The notes under the pieces: model-generated
Told to the model about the DNA's origin: nothing
Databases searched by the model: none
What the model saw: only the letters and a program-made list of their open reading frames with translations
Part shown: positions 9,616-19,146 of the stretch, piece by piece
Layout: each line of letters starts with the position of its first letter
Position numbering within the stretch: position 1 is the first letter of the stretch
Origin: an uncultured virus (IMG/VR IMGVR_UViG_3300029305_002672)
Lineage: Duplodnaviria; Heunggongvirae; Uroviricota; Caudoviricetes
DNA length: 64,000 bases
Virus record (IMG/VR): IMGVR_UViG_3300029305_002672
Strand: one strand, 5' to 3'
Position numbers and translations under genes: made by a program

Positions 9616-9688
9616 GCTGGTGAGGCTCATATGGGAAAGCACCGCGCCCGGAAGGGCAGGAGGGGCGGTTCGAATCCGCCCATCAGCA
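9616..9688 (+). ncRNA. tRNA-like RNA 4 with the anticodon arm replaced by a GCCC-GGAA-GGGC GNRA hairpin
   Basis: GCTGGTG/CATCAGC acceptor and GGCGG-TTCGAAT-CCGCC T arm; canonical 73-nt length but no canonical 27-43 pairing. Confidence 0.65.
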
Positions 9689-9906
9689 CATGCTGGGGGA
9701 CGCTCCATCCGTGAAGCCGGACGCCAAGAGGCAGGGCGATAAGCTGACCGTGCTTGCCGTCACTTTGCTGTGTCGGAGAGCAACGCGGGGTTCGAAGGTT
9801 TTCCCCTGAAACAAAGAGTAGTGCCTGAGTTTCAAAGCTGAAAGTCTATAAGGACGCAGATTCACTACCTGCGCAGGATTATACACGATTAGCAAACCCT
9901 CTCCAC

Positions 9907-9982
9907 GCTACCATGGCTCTACAGGAAGAGTAGCGGATTTGTATCCCGCAGGTTGTCGGTTCGATTCCGGCTGGTGGCACCA
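9907..9982 (+). tRNA. tRNA-Thr(UGU)
   Basis: 76-nt cloverleaf: GCTACCA/TGGTGGC acceptor, loop TT-TGT-AT, GTCGG-TTCGATT-CCGGC T arm, ACCA end. Confidence 0.88.
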
Positions 9983-10130
9983 AACGCTTTTGAATATTTC
10001 CTGCGAAAGCAGGTTGCGAACAACTCCGAGGGTTGATAAGTAGCGTAAAATGCGGGTAGCCCTCACGCTAACGTGCATGTTTGAGCAAAATGTGCGCGTT
10101 AGCCAAGAATTATTCAAAGGGGGTATACGA

Positions 10131-11552
10131 ATGGAAATCCGTCCTCAGCCAAAGCAGGAGGAGTTTCTGTCCAACCCCGCTGATATCGTCATATATGGTG
10201 GTGCTGCAGGCGGCGGCAAGTCGTGGGCATTGCTCTATGAGCCGCTCCGACACGCAGACAATCGCAAGTTTGAATGCGTAGTCTTCCGTCGCAACAGCAA
10301 CCAAATCTTGAATGCCGGAGGTCTCTGGGATGCGAGCTTTGAGCTGTACCAGAAGTACCCCGGAGCACAATCCATTAAATCCCCGGCGCCGTATTGGAAG
10401 TTTCCGAGCGGCGCAAAGGTCAGCTTCCGACACCTTGAGAGGGATGAGAGCGTACATAAATGGCAGGGTTCCGAAATCTGCCTATTGGAGTTCGACGAGC
10501 TCACCCACTTTTCGGAAAAGCAATTCTTTTATATGCTCTCCCGTAACCGCTCCACTTGTGGCGTAGAGCCGTATGTGCGGTGCAGCTGCAACCCTGACGC
10601 TGACAGCTGGGTCGCTACCTTTATCGCATGGTGGATAGATCAGGACACAGGATATCCTATCCCGGAGCGGAGCGGCAAAGTACGCTATATGGCGCGCGTG
10701 AATGAGGAAATCGTCTGGGGAGATACCCCCGAGGACGTCATCCGCGCGGCAAACGAAGCAGATTATGACGTGGAGATCACGCGGGATGACATCAAGTCCG
10801 TTTCCTTCGTGGCTTCAAATATTTACGACAACCAAGTGCTCCTGAAGACAAACAAGAGCTATCTGGCAAACCTTAAAGCCCTCTCCATCGTCGAGAGGGA
10901 ACGTCTCTTATACGGCAACTGGAAGATAAAAGCAGCTAAAGGCTTATTCTTCCCCCGTGCCGCCTTACCGGAGCTTCTGGCCGAAGTGCCAAACGACGTC
11001 GCGCGATGGGTGCGCGGCTGGGACTTGGCAGCCACAGACACCGACGAGGGAGGAGACCCGGCATACACGGCGAGCGTGCTGCTGGGCAAGCGCAAGGATG
11101 GCAGCTATGTCATTGCTGACGCCACAAACAGCCGCCTCAAGGCGGAGAAGGTCCGTGCCCTGGTCAAACAGTGCGCGGTTGCCGATAAATCCAAATACAA
11201 GCGCGTCCGCATCCGTATGTCCATAGACCCCGGACAGGCGGGAAAAGAACAGAGTCAATCATACATAAAAATGCTGGCTGGTTTCAGTATTTCTGCTGTG
11301 AAAGAGTCGGGTACAAAAGAAGCCCGCGCAGAACCGTTCGCGGCACAATGGCAGGCAGGCAACGTCTATGTGGTCGCAGGACCGTGGACAGAGGCGCTCC
11401 TCGGCCAGTATGAGTCGTTCCCGGAGTCCAAATTCAAGGACATGGTGGACGCAGGCTCCAACGCATTCAACGAGCTGGAGCTTATGAATACAAGCTCTGT
11501 TCCTCCGAAGGATAGCGGAACGCTGTCAAAAACAAGCTACTGGTCAAAGTAG
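10131..11552 (+). CDS. terL: Terminase large subunit
   Basis: Walker A YGGAAGGGKS, Walker B LLEFDE, nuclease motifs RGWDLAA and FP..KFKDMVDA. Confidence 0.95.
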   Translation: MEIRPQPKQEEFLSNPADIVIYGGAAGGGKSWALLYEPLRHADNRKFECVVFRRNSNQILNAGGLWDASFELYQKYPGAQSIKSPAPYWKFPSGAKVSFRHLERDESVHKWQGSEICLLEFDELTHFSEKQFFYMLSRNRSTCGVEPYVRCSCNPDADSWVATFIAWWIDQDTGYPIPERSGKVRYMARVNEEIVWGDTPEDVIRAANEADYDVEITRDDIKSVSFVASNIYDNQVLLKTNKSYLANLKALSIVERERLLYGNWKIKAAKGLFFPRAALPELLAEVPNDVARWVRGWDLAATDTDEGGDPAYTASVLLGKRKDGSYVIADATNSRLKAEKVRALVKQCAVADKSKYKRVRIRMSIDPGQAGKEQSQSYIKMLAGFSISAVKESGTKEARAEPFAAQWQAGNVYVVAGPWTEALLGQYESFPESKFKDMVDAGSNAFNELELMNTSSVPPKDSGTLSKTSYWSK

Positions 11553-11577
11553 CAACCAAAAGAAGGTGAGGTAACAC

Positions 11578-12993
11578 ATGAACCGAAGAGAGATAGGCCG
11601 CATCGGTCAACTTCGCTACGGCAAAAACGGATACGGCTCCATACTGTATGAAGAGTTCCTTTCGGAGCTTCGCGGCAAAAAAGGTGTGCAAGCCTATACC
11701 GAGATGGCAGATAACGACGCCATGGTCGGTGCGATCCTCTTTGCTATTGAGATGCTCATGCGGAACTGCGAATTTCACGTGGAGCCCGCCGGGGACAGTT
11801 CAAAGGACAAAGAGTGCGCAGAGTTCGTCGAGAGCTGCATGAATGACATGGAGCGGACGTGGACGGATACGCTGTCCGAAATACTGTCCTTCCTGACTTA
11901 CGGATGGTCGTATCACGAAATCGTCTACAAGAGGCGCGTGGGACGTTCATCCTCCCCTATAACCAACAGTAAGCACGCCGACGGTCTCATCGGTTGGCGC
12001 AAGCTCCCTATTCGTGCGCAGGACACCCTGTACGGATGGGAATACAAAGACGAGACGGACGACCTCGTGGGAATGACCCAGGCACCGCCTCCGCACTATA
12101 ACCGCATCACAATCCCCGTGGAGAAGGCTCTCCACTTCCGAACCCGCTCCCGAAAGGATAACCCCGAGGGACGCTCCATCCTCCGAACCGCATACCGTGC
12201 GTATTACTTCAAGAAACGAATCGAGGAAATCGAAGGCTACGGCATAGAGAGAGACCTCGCAGGCTTCCCTGTGCTGTACTCTCCCCCCGATATGGACATT
12301 TTCGATAATGAAGACCCGGAAATGGTATCAGCACTTACGTGGGCTGAAAACCTCGTATCCAGTATCCGCAGAGATGCCAGAGAGGGCGTAGTGCTGAAAG
12401 GCGGCTATGAGAACGGCACGGGGTGGAAGCTGGAGCTCCTCACATCCGGCAGCCGCCGACAGTTCGACACCAACGCCATCATAGACCGATATGATAAGCG
12501 CATCGCCACCTCCGTCCTTGCTGACTTCGTTATGATGGGACAGAATCAGGTCGGCAGCTTCGCACTTGCGGACAGCAAGACCAAGATATTCGCGCTGGCA
12601 ATCGGCACCTATCTGGACATCGTGTGTGAAGTATTCAACAACCAGGCAATCCCCCGCTTGATTGACCTCAACGGCGACCACTTCAAGGGCATAACGGATT
12701 ATCCCAAGATGGTACACGGTGACATTGAGGAAGTCGACCTGGATAAATTCGCGGACTATATCGTGAAGCTTTGCGGCGCGGGTATTATCGTGCCGGATGA
12801 CGAGCTTGAGGAAGAAGTACGCCGCGTCGGAGGTCTTCCTGAAAAGACTACACCGCGAGAGACGCCCCAGGAGGGCACAGGAGCCCCCCAGAGCGACAAA
12901 AAGAAGAAAGACGACCAAACACCCGAGGACGACGAAAAAGACGCGAGAGAAGCCGAGGAAGCCAAGAAGAGCCTCGGACGCACTCTTGAGTGA
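11578..12993 (+). CDS. Portal protein (Mu gp29/DUF935-like)
   Basis: Follows terL; motifs YGWSYHEIVY, NPEGRSILR.AY and GSFALA; 471 aa. Confidence 0.85.
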   Translation: MNRREIGRIGQLRYGKNGYGSILYEEFLSELRGKKGVQAYTEMADNDAMVGAILFAIEMLMRNCEFHVEPAGDSSKDKECAEFVESCMNDMERTWTDTLSEILSFLTYGWSYHEIVYKRRVGRSSSPITNSKHADGLIGWRKLPIRAQDTLYGWEYKDETDDLVGMTQAPPPHYNRITIPVEKALHFRTRSRKDNPEGRSILRTAYRAYYFKKRIEEIEGYGIERDLAGFPVLYSPPDMDIFDNEDPEMVSALTWAENLVSSIRRDAREGVVLKGGYENGTGWKLELLTSGSRRQFDTNAIIDRYDKRIATSVLADFVMMGQNQVGSFALADSKTKIFALAIGTYLDIVCEVFNNQAIPRLIDLNGDHFKGITDYPKMVHGDIEEVDLDKFADYIVKLCGAGIIVPDDELEEEVRRVGGLPEKTTPRETPQEGTGAPQSDKKKKDDQTPEDDEKDAREAEEAKKSLGRTLE

Positions 12994-13008
12994 TAAGGAG
13001 GAATCGGT

Positions 13009-13281
13009 ATGTCTGTTTTTTTCACAAAAGGCGAATCCAAAAAGCGTCCGGGTATATACCGGCGAATCGTCAACATTGGCAAGACAAACATTTTCAAAGC
13101 TTCGACCAGCGGGTGGACGCCCGAATGGGATGACGGCTTGACTGTGCTCTATGACCAGGGCAAGAAATCTTTAAAATTAGAGTCCGGCAGAATGACGGTC
13201 ACGTACAACGGCATCGACACCGTGACGGTCAAGGGACTCAGTCATTCCCACAACGCGTCCGCTGTAACGATTGGAGGTTAA
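13009..13281 (+). CDS. Small virion-associated protein with a sheath-like N-terminus
   Basis: MSVFFTKGESKKRPGIYRRIVN resembles the sheath N-terminus MAVFYNVGENKTRPGVYQRHVN. Confidence 0.6.
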   Translation: MSVFFTKGESKKRPGIYRRIVNIGKTNIFKASTSGWTPEWDDGLTVLYDQGKKSLKLESGRMTVTYNGIDTVTVKGLSHSHNASAVTIGG

Positions 13282-13284
13282 TAT

Positions 13285-14259
13285 ATGGCAAAAGAAATGA
13301 AATATCTCATACTCGAAAATGAAGAGTATGAGGTCGTAGACGGCGCCGCCCGTGAAGCCATCGAGCAGCTGAAGGCAGGCTCTGTCATTCAGAAAATCGT
13401 GAGCGACGCACCAGATGCCGTCGCCCTGCGCGACCTTGACAGCGGCACGTATGTGCTGCAGGGCAAGTTTATCGCGTTCACCGGCTCGACCAGCATCCTC
13501 GGATTCTCCAGCTCCCTGTTAGTCAATATCATCAAAGGCACGTCGAAATCTTCCGTGCAGATATTCTATCCCACCAACAACTGTGTCCAGTTCCTTGAGA
13601 TCACCGACGATACATTCACGCGCAAAAATGTGTATATGAACGAACTCGTTGACTCTATCAGCGAGCTGCAGTCCCAGATGGCTGACCTGAATTACAAGGC
13701 CATCACCATTACCAGCTTTACGAACAACGTGAACAACGTCGAGCTCGGCACTACGGTCACCGGCGTCAATCTGTCGTGGAAGTTCAGCAAGACGCCCAAG
13801 TCCGTCACCCTCGATGGTGAAGCTCAAGCGGTGGACTCCACAGGCAAAACCCTCACAGGGCTTGAAATCAAGGCAAATAAGACATGGACGCTTAAAGCTA
13901 CCGACGAGAGGGATGCTACCGCGTCCAAGAGTACATCAATATCGTTCCTCAATGGCGTTTACTACGGCGTAGGAGCCGCACAGGACGCCTACGACAGCGC
14001 TTTTATCCTCGGGCTTACAAAGACCCTACGGAGCAACAAACTCCCCTCTGTGACCGTTACAGCGGGCGAGGGACAGTATATATTCTATTGCCTCCCTACA
14101 CGCTACGGCGCTTGCTCGTTTGCGGTGGGCGGTTTTAGCGGCGGCTTTGAGTTAGTGGCCACCGTGGAATTCACAAACGCATCGGGTTACACCGAGAAAT
14201 ACTACGTGTACAAGTCGGTCAACGCCAATCTGGGCAATACGACCGTCAGCATAACATAA
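13285..14259 (+). CDS. Putative fibre/decoration protein with a beta-rich, Ig-like C-terminus
   Basis: SD GGAGG; Thr/Ser-rich beta-strand pattern. Confidence 0.55.
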   Translation: MAKEMKYLILENEEYEVVDGAAREAIEQLKAGSVIQKIVSDAPDAVALRDLDSGTYVLQGKFIAFTGSTSILGFSSSLLVNIIKGTSKSSVQIFYPTNNCVQFLEITDDTFTRKNVYMNELVDSISELQSQMADLNYKAITITSFTNNVNNVELGTTVTGVNLSWKFSKTPKSVTLDGEAQAVDSTGKTLTGLEIKANKTWTLKATDERDATASKSTSISFLNGVYYGVGAAQDAYDSAFILGLTKTLRSNKLPSVTVTAGEGQYIFYCLPTRYGACSFAVGGFSGGFELVATVEFTNASGYTEKYYVYKSVNANLGNTTVSIT

Positions 14260-14274
14260 GGAGGCGGTGAGATT

Positions 14275-14658
14275 ATGGCAGAATATCAAGGCAGCATTGA
14301 ACTCATCGGCGGACTGACGCAGAAAAACAAAGGGAAATTCCCCCTCGTTCACGCCAAGGACGTATATCAGCCGACCGCCGACGCTCTTCCTGACGGAGGT
14401 ATCGCCGAGGCTGGTGTCATGTATTTTCTCGGGGAGATCGCCGGAACTCTGACCGTCGGGTTTCCCGACGCAGCCAACACCGGAGAGGCTGTGTACATCT
14501 CGTTCACTACGGGCACAACCGCTCCTGTGGTCAATTTCACGACCACCAATCACGCGGGGCTTGGCGACTACGCAGCACAGGCGAACTGCTACTGTGAGAT
14601 CGTCGGCATGTGGAATGGCGTGAAATGGGTGTGCGTGACTAACGAGGTGCCGCGATGA
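14275..14658 (+). CDS. Hypothetical virion accessory protein
   Basis: SD GGAGG; closely packed in the operon. Confidence 0.55.
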   Translation: MAEYQGSIELIGGLTQKNKGKFPLVHAKDVYQPTADALPDGGIAEAGVMYFLGEIAGTLTVGFPDAANTGEAVYISFTTGTTAPVVNFTTTNHAGLGDYAAQANCYCEIVGMWNGVKWVCVTNEVPR

Positions 14659-15545
14659 ATCGCTTCCTATGGGCGAGATATAAGGCGATAGCGGCGAAAG
14701 CCGCCAAGCACATCGTCGAATACGTATTCTCCCGTGGCGAGGTTATCGCGCATATGCGTTCGATGGCCAACGGCAGGAGCACACCCGCAAGTGATAGCGC
14801 AGGGCAACTGAATGCAGAGATGCAAAGCATAGCCAACGCAATCGCAACGTCCGTGGGAGAAGTGCTCCTCCAAAGCACCACCAAAGTGGACACGCGAGGG
14901 AGCGGACAGCCCCAAGAGGTTGAAGACGTGCAAATGGTTATGAATACCATCGTGCGTTCGATAGCCGCAGGCATTGCTTACGGCATCGTATACGGGCGCG
15001 GAGCCGCCGATGTGAAGGTTATCACAAAAGCAGACGGCAGAAGCGCTAAAGCGATACCGGGGCATGGTGAGCTCTTCGCTGCATTCTTCGCGGAGGCAGC
15101 CGCACGGTCGGCAGACACAGTACATGGCGGAGGCTATTTGACTGCTGAGTCATATGGTCAGGCAACCCCGACTGAAGAGGAAGTGCAAAAAGCACTAATG
15201 GAAGTGACAGCATATGTCACAGGCCACGCGGGCGCGACCGCGCAAGAACCGGAAAGTGTCACTTTTGGTTCTATCACGCAATTTATCGGCAACGCAGGAG
15301 CAAATACGGAAAATATCGTATATGCAGGCGGACAGTTAATCTCCCGAGTCATCATGAGCGCAGGCGGGGCTATCCCGACAGACTCTGATGGATACCAGCC
15401 TTATGTCCTGCTTACTGCTGCCGATGGGGATGACGGCACCGAGTATACCGTGATGCTCTATGTCGATACGAAAAATCATCCCATTGACAACGCATCTGAC
15501 CCCGAATCAACCGGGGAGGATGAATATATTATCCAAATTCACTAA
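14655..15545 (+). CDS. Hypothetical Ala-rich protein
   Basis: ATGA overlap with the previous gene; 296 aa. Confidence 0.55.
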   Translation: MNRFLWARYKAIAAKAAKHIVEYVFSRGEVIAHMRSMANGRSTPASDSAGQLNAEMQSIANAIATSVGEVLLQSTTKVDTRGSGQPQEVEDVQMVMNTIVRSIAAGIAYGIVYGRGAADVKVITKADGRSAKAIPGHGELFAAFFAEAAARSADTVHGGGYLTAESYGQATPTEEEVQKALMEVTAYVTGHAGATAQEPESVTFGSITQFIGNAGANTENIVYAGGQLISRVIMSAGGAIPTDSDGYQPYVLLTAADGDDGTEYTVMLYVDTKNHPIDNASDPESTGEDEYIIQIH

Positions 15546-15563
15546 AAATGGAGGAATCAAATC

Positions 15564-16235
15564 ATGGCAAACACTGCAAAGAAAGCAATTCTTCGCGCAA
15601 AACTCGAAGGTGTCCTTTATGACATAATGGTCAAGACAACCGCCGAGAACGTCCACGTCGACGACAGTACCACATTGGCTGCCAAACTGGCAGAGATAAT
15701 CGCTGACGTTGGTACCAGAGCAACAAGCACCTCTGTAACCGAGGCAATCAACGCACTCCGTCAGGAGATGCTGGGTGATGTACCCGTTGAGGCGTACAAC
15801 ACATTCACCGAGCTCGCTCAGTACATCGAGACTCACCAGGAAGCAGCTGACGCGCTGACTGAAGCCATCGGCAAGAAGGCAGATCAGACTACCGTAGACG
15901 GTATCCTCGAAACCCTCAACGGTCTGGGCGCTCTGGCTACTAAGAGCGTTGTTGGCGAGGATGACCTCGAAACCAGCCTGAAAGAAAAGGTCAATGCCGC
16001 TTCCGAGGGTAACCACGCCCACCTCAACAAGGCTCTGCTCGACACCTACACTCAGACCGAGGAAGACCTCGCTGACGCCGTAGCGAAGAAGCACGAGCAC
16101 GCAAACAAAGATGTGCTTGATGCCATCACCGCGGAATCTGTAGCAGCACTTGAGGCAAAGGCAAACATCTACTACGCAGCTGATGAGCCTGCAAACCTCA
16201 CAGATAAGGACCTGTGGGTACAGCTCATCGACTAA
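15564..16235 (+). CDS. Fibre-like coiled-coil protein (paralog of 19345-20067)
   Basis: Shares LKEKVNAA.EGNH.H.NK..LD with 19345; HxH motifs. Confidence 0.6.
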   Translation: MANTAKKAILRAKLEGVLYDIMVKTTAENVHVDDSTTLAAKLAEIIADVGTRATSTSVTEAINALRQEMLGDVPVEAYNTFTELAQYIETHQEAADALTEAIGKKADQTTVDGILETLNGLGALATKSVVGEDDLETSLKEKVNAASEGNHAHLNKALLDTYTQTEEDLADAVAKKHEHANKDVLDAITAESVAALEAKANIYYAADEPANLTDKDLWVQLID

Positions 16236-16320
16236 TTGACAACGCAATAGGCGTTATGAATCTAAAGGGGGCATACAGGCATACGTTTGTATGCCCCTAT
16301 CATGAAAAGGAGGTCTTTAT

Positions 16321-17433
16321 ATGACAGTTAATGAATACCCCGCGCTGCTGACCTCAAAGGATAAGAACGGCGGGAAGCGGCTACTTTATCCTATCACGCG
16401 GGCTGACTGCGTCGATGGTCTGGAAGAGTTCGTCGACGAGAAAATCTCGGAGAGCGGCGGTAGTGTATCGTCCTGGAACGACTTGACTGATAAGCCGTTT
16501 TACGAGGGCGTTGCGGAAAGCGATGTAGTAGCGGAGCAGACACTTGAATTTGAGCACAACGAAATGTTTAATGTGTATCTCAATAACGATATTCCTGCAC
16601 CTTCCGAATTGGTCATTGGCAAGGAATATAATGTTGTGTGGGATGGCGTCAAGTACACCGTCGAATGTGTTTACAACGAATCTGCACCGAATGGTGCATT
16701 GGGTAACGTTTCGATACTGGATGCAGGGGAAGACACAGGCGAGCCTTTTGTTATAGCTATAATGGCCGGTACCGGCACGTTTTATATATTTACGCCTGAT
16801 ACAAGCGCTTCTCACACCGTGCGTATTTATACCGAAGAAACCGAAATAAAGCAGCTTGACAATAAGCATCTGTCTATCCTTGACCGCCATGCAGGAGAGG
16901 AAACAGACCTTTTGCCGAGCACAACGGGAACGACGGAATATCACGGCAGTTACGGTGCTTATTTATTACGTCCGAGCGCAACCGCGGAAATGTTTGTAAG
17001 GTGGCACGGCAATGATACGGACATGGCACCTCTTGAGGGCAATATTTTTGTCGAGTTTGACGGAGTGACTTACGAGTGCTCTCAACAAAGACTTACCGCT
17101 ATGGATAACGCTATGGCGGTAGGTAACTGTACCGTATATGGTGGTACGGACAACGGCGAGCCGTTTTTGGTGAGTATGCTTCACTTCAACGATAATGGGA
17201 ATATGTTATATTTCTTTGTGGTTGGAGCTCTTGCCGACACAGCTCCCACGGAGCACACGGTGCGGGTCTATCAGAAGTTGTCCGAGGCGAAGTATGTGCT
17301 CAAAGAGGAGTACATCCCCGACTCCGCAAAGCTCCCGGCGGCAACCTCCGAGGACAATAATAAGTTTTTGCGCCTTGTCGACGGTGTGCCCACGTGGGTG
17401 GCGCTGACCGACGTGTCGCAGGAAGGAGCATAA
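16321..17433 (+). CDS. Putative adhesin/fibre with a duplicated beta domain
   Basis: Two internal copies of V.(W/F)DGV.Y..C...A.GN....G.D.GEPF...HTVR(I/V)Y. Confidence 0.55.
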   Translation: MTVNEYPALLTSKDKNGGKRLLYPITRADCVDGLEEFVDEKISESGGSVSSWNDLTDKPFYEGVAESDVVAEQTLEFEHNEMFNVYLNNDIPAPSELVIGKEYNVVWDGVKYTVECVYNESAPNGALGNVSILDAGEDTGEPFVIAIMAGTGTFYIFTPDTSASHTVRIYTEETEIKQLDNKHLSILDRHAGEETDLLPSTTGTTEYHGSYGAYLLRPSATAEMFVRWHGNDTDMAPLEGNIFVEFDGVTYECSQQRLTAMDNAMAVGNCTVYGGTDNGEPFLVSMLHFNDNGNMLYFFVVGALADTAPTEHTVRVYQKLSEAKYVLKEEYIPDSAKLPAATSEDNNKFLRLVDGVPTWVALTDVSQEGA

Positions 17434-17436
17434 GAC

Positions 17437-18270
17437 ATGGCTTTGACTGATTATGTCATTATGCCCGGCGCGGATTATCAAGCCTTGTGCGATAAAATCC
17501 GCGAGAAGACGGGAAAGACCGATGTTATTAAATCGGGCGATCTCGTCACAGAAATCGACTCCATCGGAGGCGGTGCTGCAGGGCAGTACATCGAATACAC
17601 CTTCAATGCCGAGGGCGAAGCCGTAACGGCGGCGCTTCACGGGTTTACCACTATTCCTGACGGCTGCTTTGCCTACATGAAGTCGCTGGTGTCTGTAGAT
17701 ATCACCGATTCGCCCGGCATAACGAGCATCGGAAATCATGCGTTCTACTATTGCAACGCTCTGACGTCCTTTGTCATCCCCGACACCGTGACGAGCATCG
17801 GCGAGTATGCGTTCTGCCAATGCACATCCCTCGAAGCTATCAATATCCCCTCAGCTATAACCAGCATCGGAAGGTACGCGTTCCAGAACTGCAAGGTTGC
17901 TACAGGCAACATTGTAATTCCGGGAACCGTAACGACCATCGAAACCTACGCATTCTCTACTTGCTCAGCTCTGGAGTCCGTCACTATCTCCGAAGGTGTG
18001 ACGAACATCGACGCAGGCGCGTTTATGAGCTGTTCCGCTTTGACCTCCATCAATATTCCGAGCACAGTAACAAAGATTGGTTACAGAGCGTTCTATGGCT
18101 GCTCTGCCATGGCATCTGCTGTGTTTGAGGTTACAAGCGGCTGGTGGTATGCATCGTCAGCAACGGCGACGAGCGGCACTGAAATCGCTTCGACCGATCT
18201 GGCGGACGCTACTACTGCATCCGGCTATCTGACCAACACATACGCAGGTAAGTATTGGTCTCGCAGTTAA
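17437..18270 (+). CDS. BspA-type leucine-rich repeat protein
   Basis: Repeats of IPxxVTxIGxxAFxxCxxLxxIx (about 5 copies). Confidence 0.85.
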   Translation: MALTDYVIMPGADYQALCDKIREKTGKTDVIKSGDLVTEIDSIGGGAAGQYIEYTFNAEGEAVTAALHGFTTIPDGCFAYMKSLVSVDITDSPGITSIGNHAFYYCNALTSFVIPDTVTSIGEYAFCQCTSLEAINIPSAITSIGRYAFQNCKVATGNIVIPGTVTTIETYAFSTCSALESVTISEGVTNIDAGAFMSCSALTSINIPSTVTKIGYRAFYGCSAMASAVFEVTSGWWYASSATATSGTEIASTDLADATTASGYLTNTYAGKYWSRS

Positions 18271-18300
18271 TAAAAAACCCATAGAAAGGAGTTAAAAACT

Positions 18301-18789
18301 ATGCCTCTTAGAAACGACATCAAAAACAACTTTTTGAAGCTCATCACGGGACAGGTTGCAGAAATGAAAGGGACAGGTCAGTGCTATCTCGGTCTTTCCT
18401 CTACCGCTCCCGACGAAAACGGCGGAAACTTCACTGAACCCGAATTCGGAGACGGAATCGGAACTGAAGCCAGCTATGGCCGCGTCCAGATGAGCATCGC
18501 CGAGGCGATTGAATGGACAAACAAATGGGGTACCCCTGCTGTCGGCAAGGTGACCAACAGCGAAGAGGTGACCACGCCCGAGTGCAAGGTAACAGACGGC
18601 TGGCCGACCTTCACCCACTTTGGCATCTTCGACTGCGCACAAGGCGGCACACCCGTCGCTTGGGATTTACTGACCGACCCCGATGGCGAACCCGACGAGG
18701 ACGGAAGATACCCCGCAAAGCCGCTGACTGTGGCGCAAAACCAAGTCGCGGTATTCCGCAAAGGCACATTGATGTTAGACCTCAAATAA
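18301..18789 (+). CDS. Tail/fibre-associated structural protein
   Basis: YLGLSSTAP..GG..EP...SYGRV and THFGIFD...GG pattern typical of phage fibre N-terminal modules. Confidence 0.55.
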   Translation: MPLRNDIKNNFLKLITGQVAEMKGTGQCYLGLSSTAPDENGGNFTEPEFGDGIGTEASYGRVQMSIAEAIEWTNKWGTPAVGKVTNSEEVTTPECKVTDGWPTFTHFGIFDCAQGGTPVAWDLLTDPDGEPDEDGRYPAKPLTVAQNQVAVFRKGTLMLDLK

Positions 18790-18814
18790 GCTCGCAGAAA
18801 GGAAGGTACATAAC

Positions 18815-19132
18815 ATGAACAAACAAGACCTTATCCGCAAACTCACATCCCGCAAATTCATTATCTCCGCGATCTCCGCTCTCGCAGGTATCGTGACCAT
18901 CATCTTCGGTCACGGTCAGGAAGTAAACGTTATTGCCGGTGCGCTTATGACCATTGTTCCCGCTCTGGTCTACTGCATTATGGAGGGCAAGATTGACGCA
19001 GCTTCCGTAAAAGCCATCGGAGAAGCGGCGTCTGATGCTGCCGAACAGCTCGGCGCCGACAAAGCCGCTGACTACATCGACACAATTACCGATGTGGCAG
19101 AGATTCTCACGGAAGATGATAAAGCTAACTAA
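18815..19132 (+). CDS. Holin-like two-TM membrane protein
   Basis: RKLTSRKF followed by two hydrophobic helices and Y..EG..D. Confidence 0.6.
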   Translation: MNKQDLIRKLTSRKFIISAISALAGIVTIIFGHGQEVNVIAGALMTIVPALVYCIMEGKIDAASVKAIGEAASDAAEQLGADKAADYIDTITDVAEILTEDDKAN

Positions 19133-19146
19133 CGTCGGAGGGAAAT

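Noticed and set aside
9983..10110. HDV-like (theta) ribozyme downstream of the tRNA
   Set aside because: I could not build the nested P1/P1.1/P2/P3 double pseudoknot by eye; simple hairpins explain the sequence.
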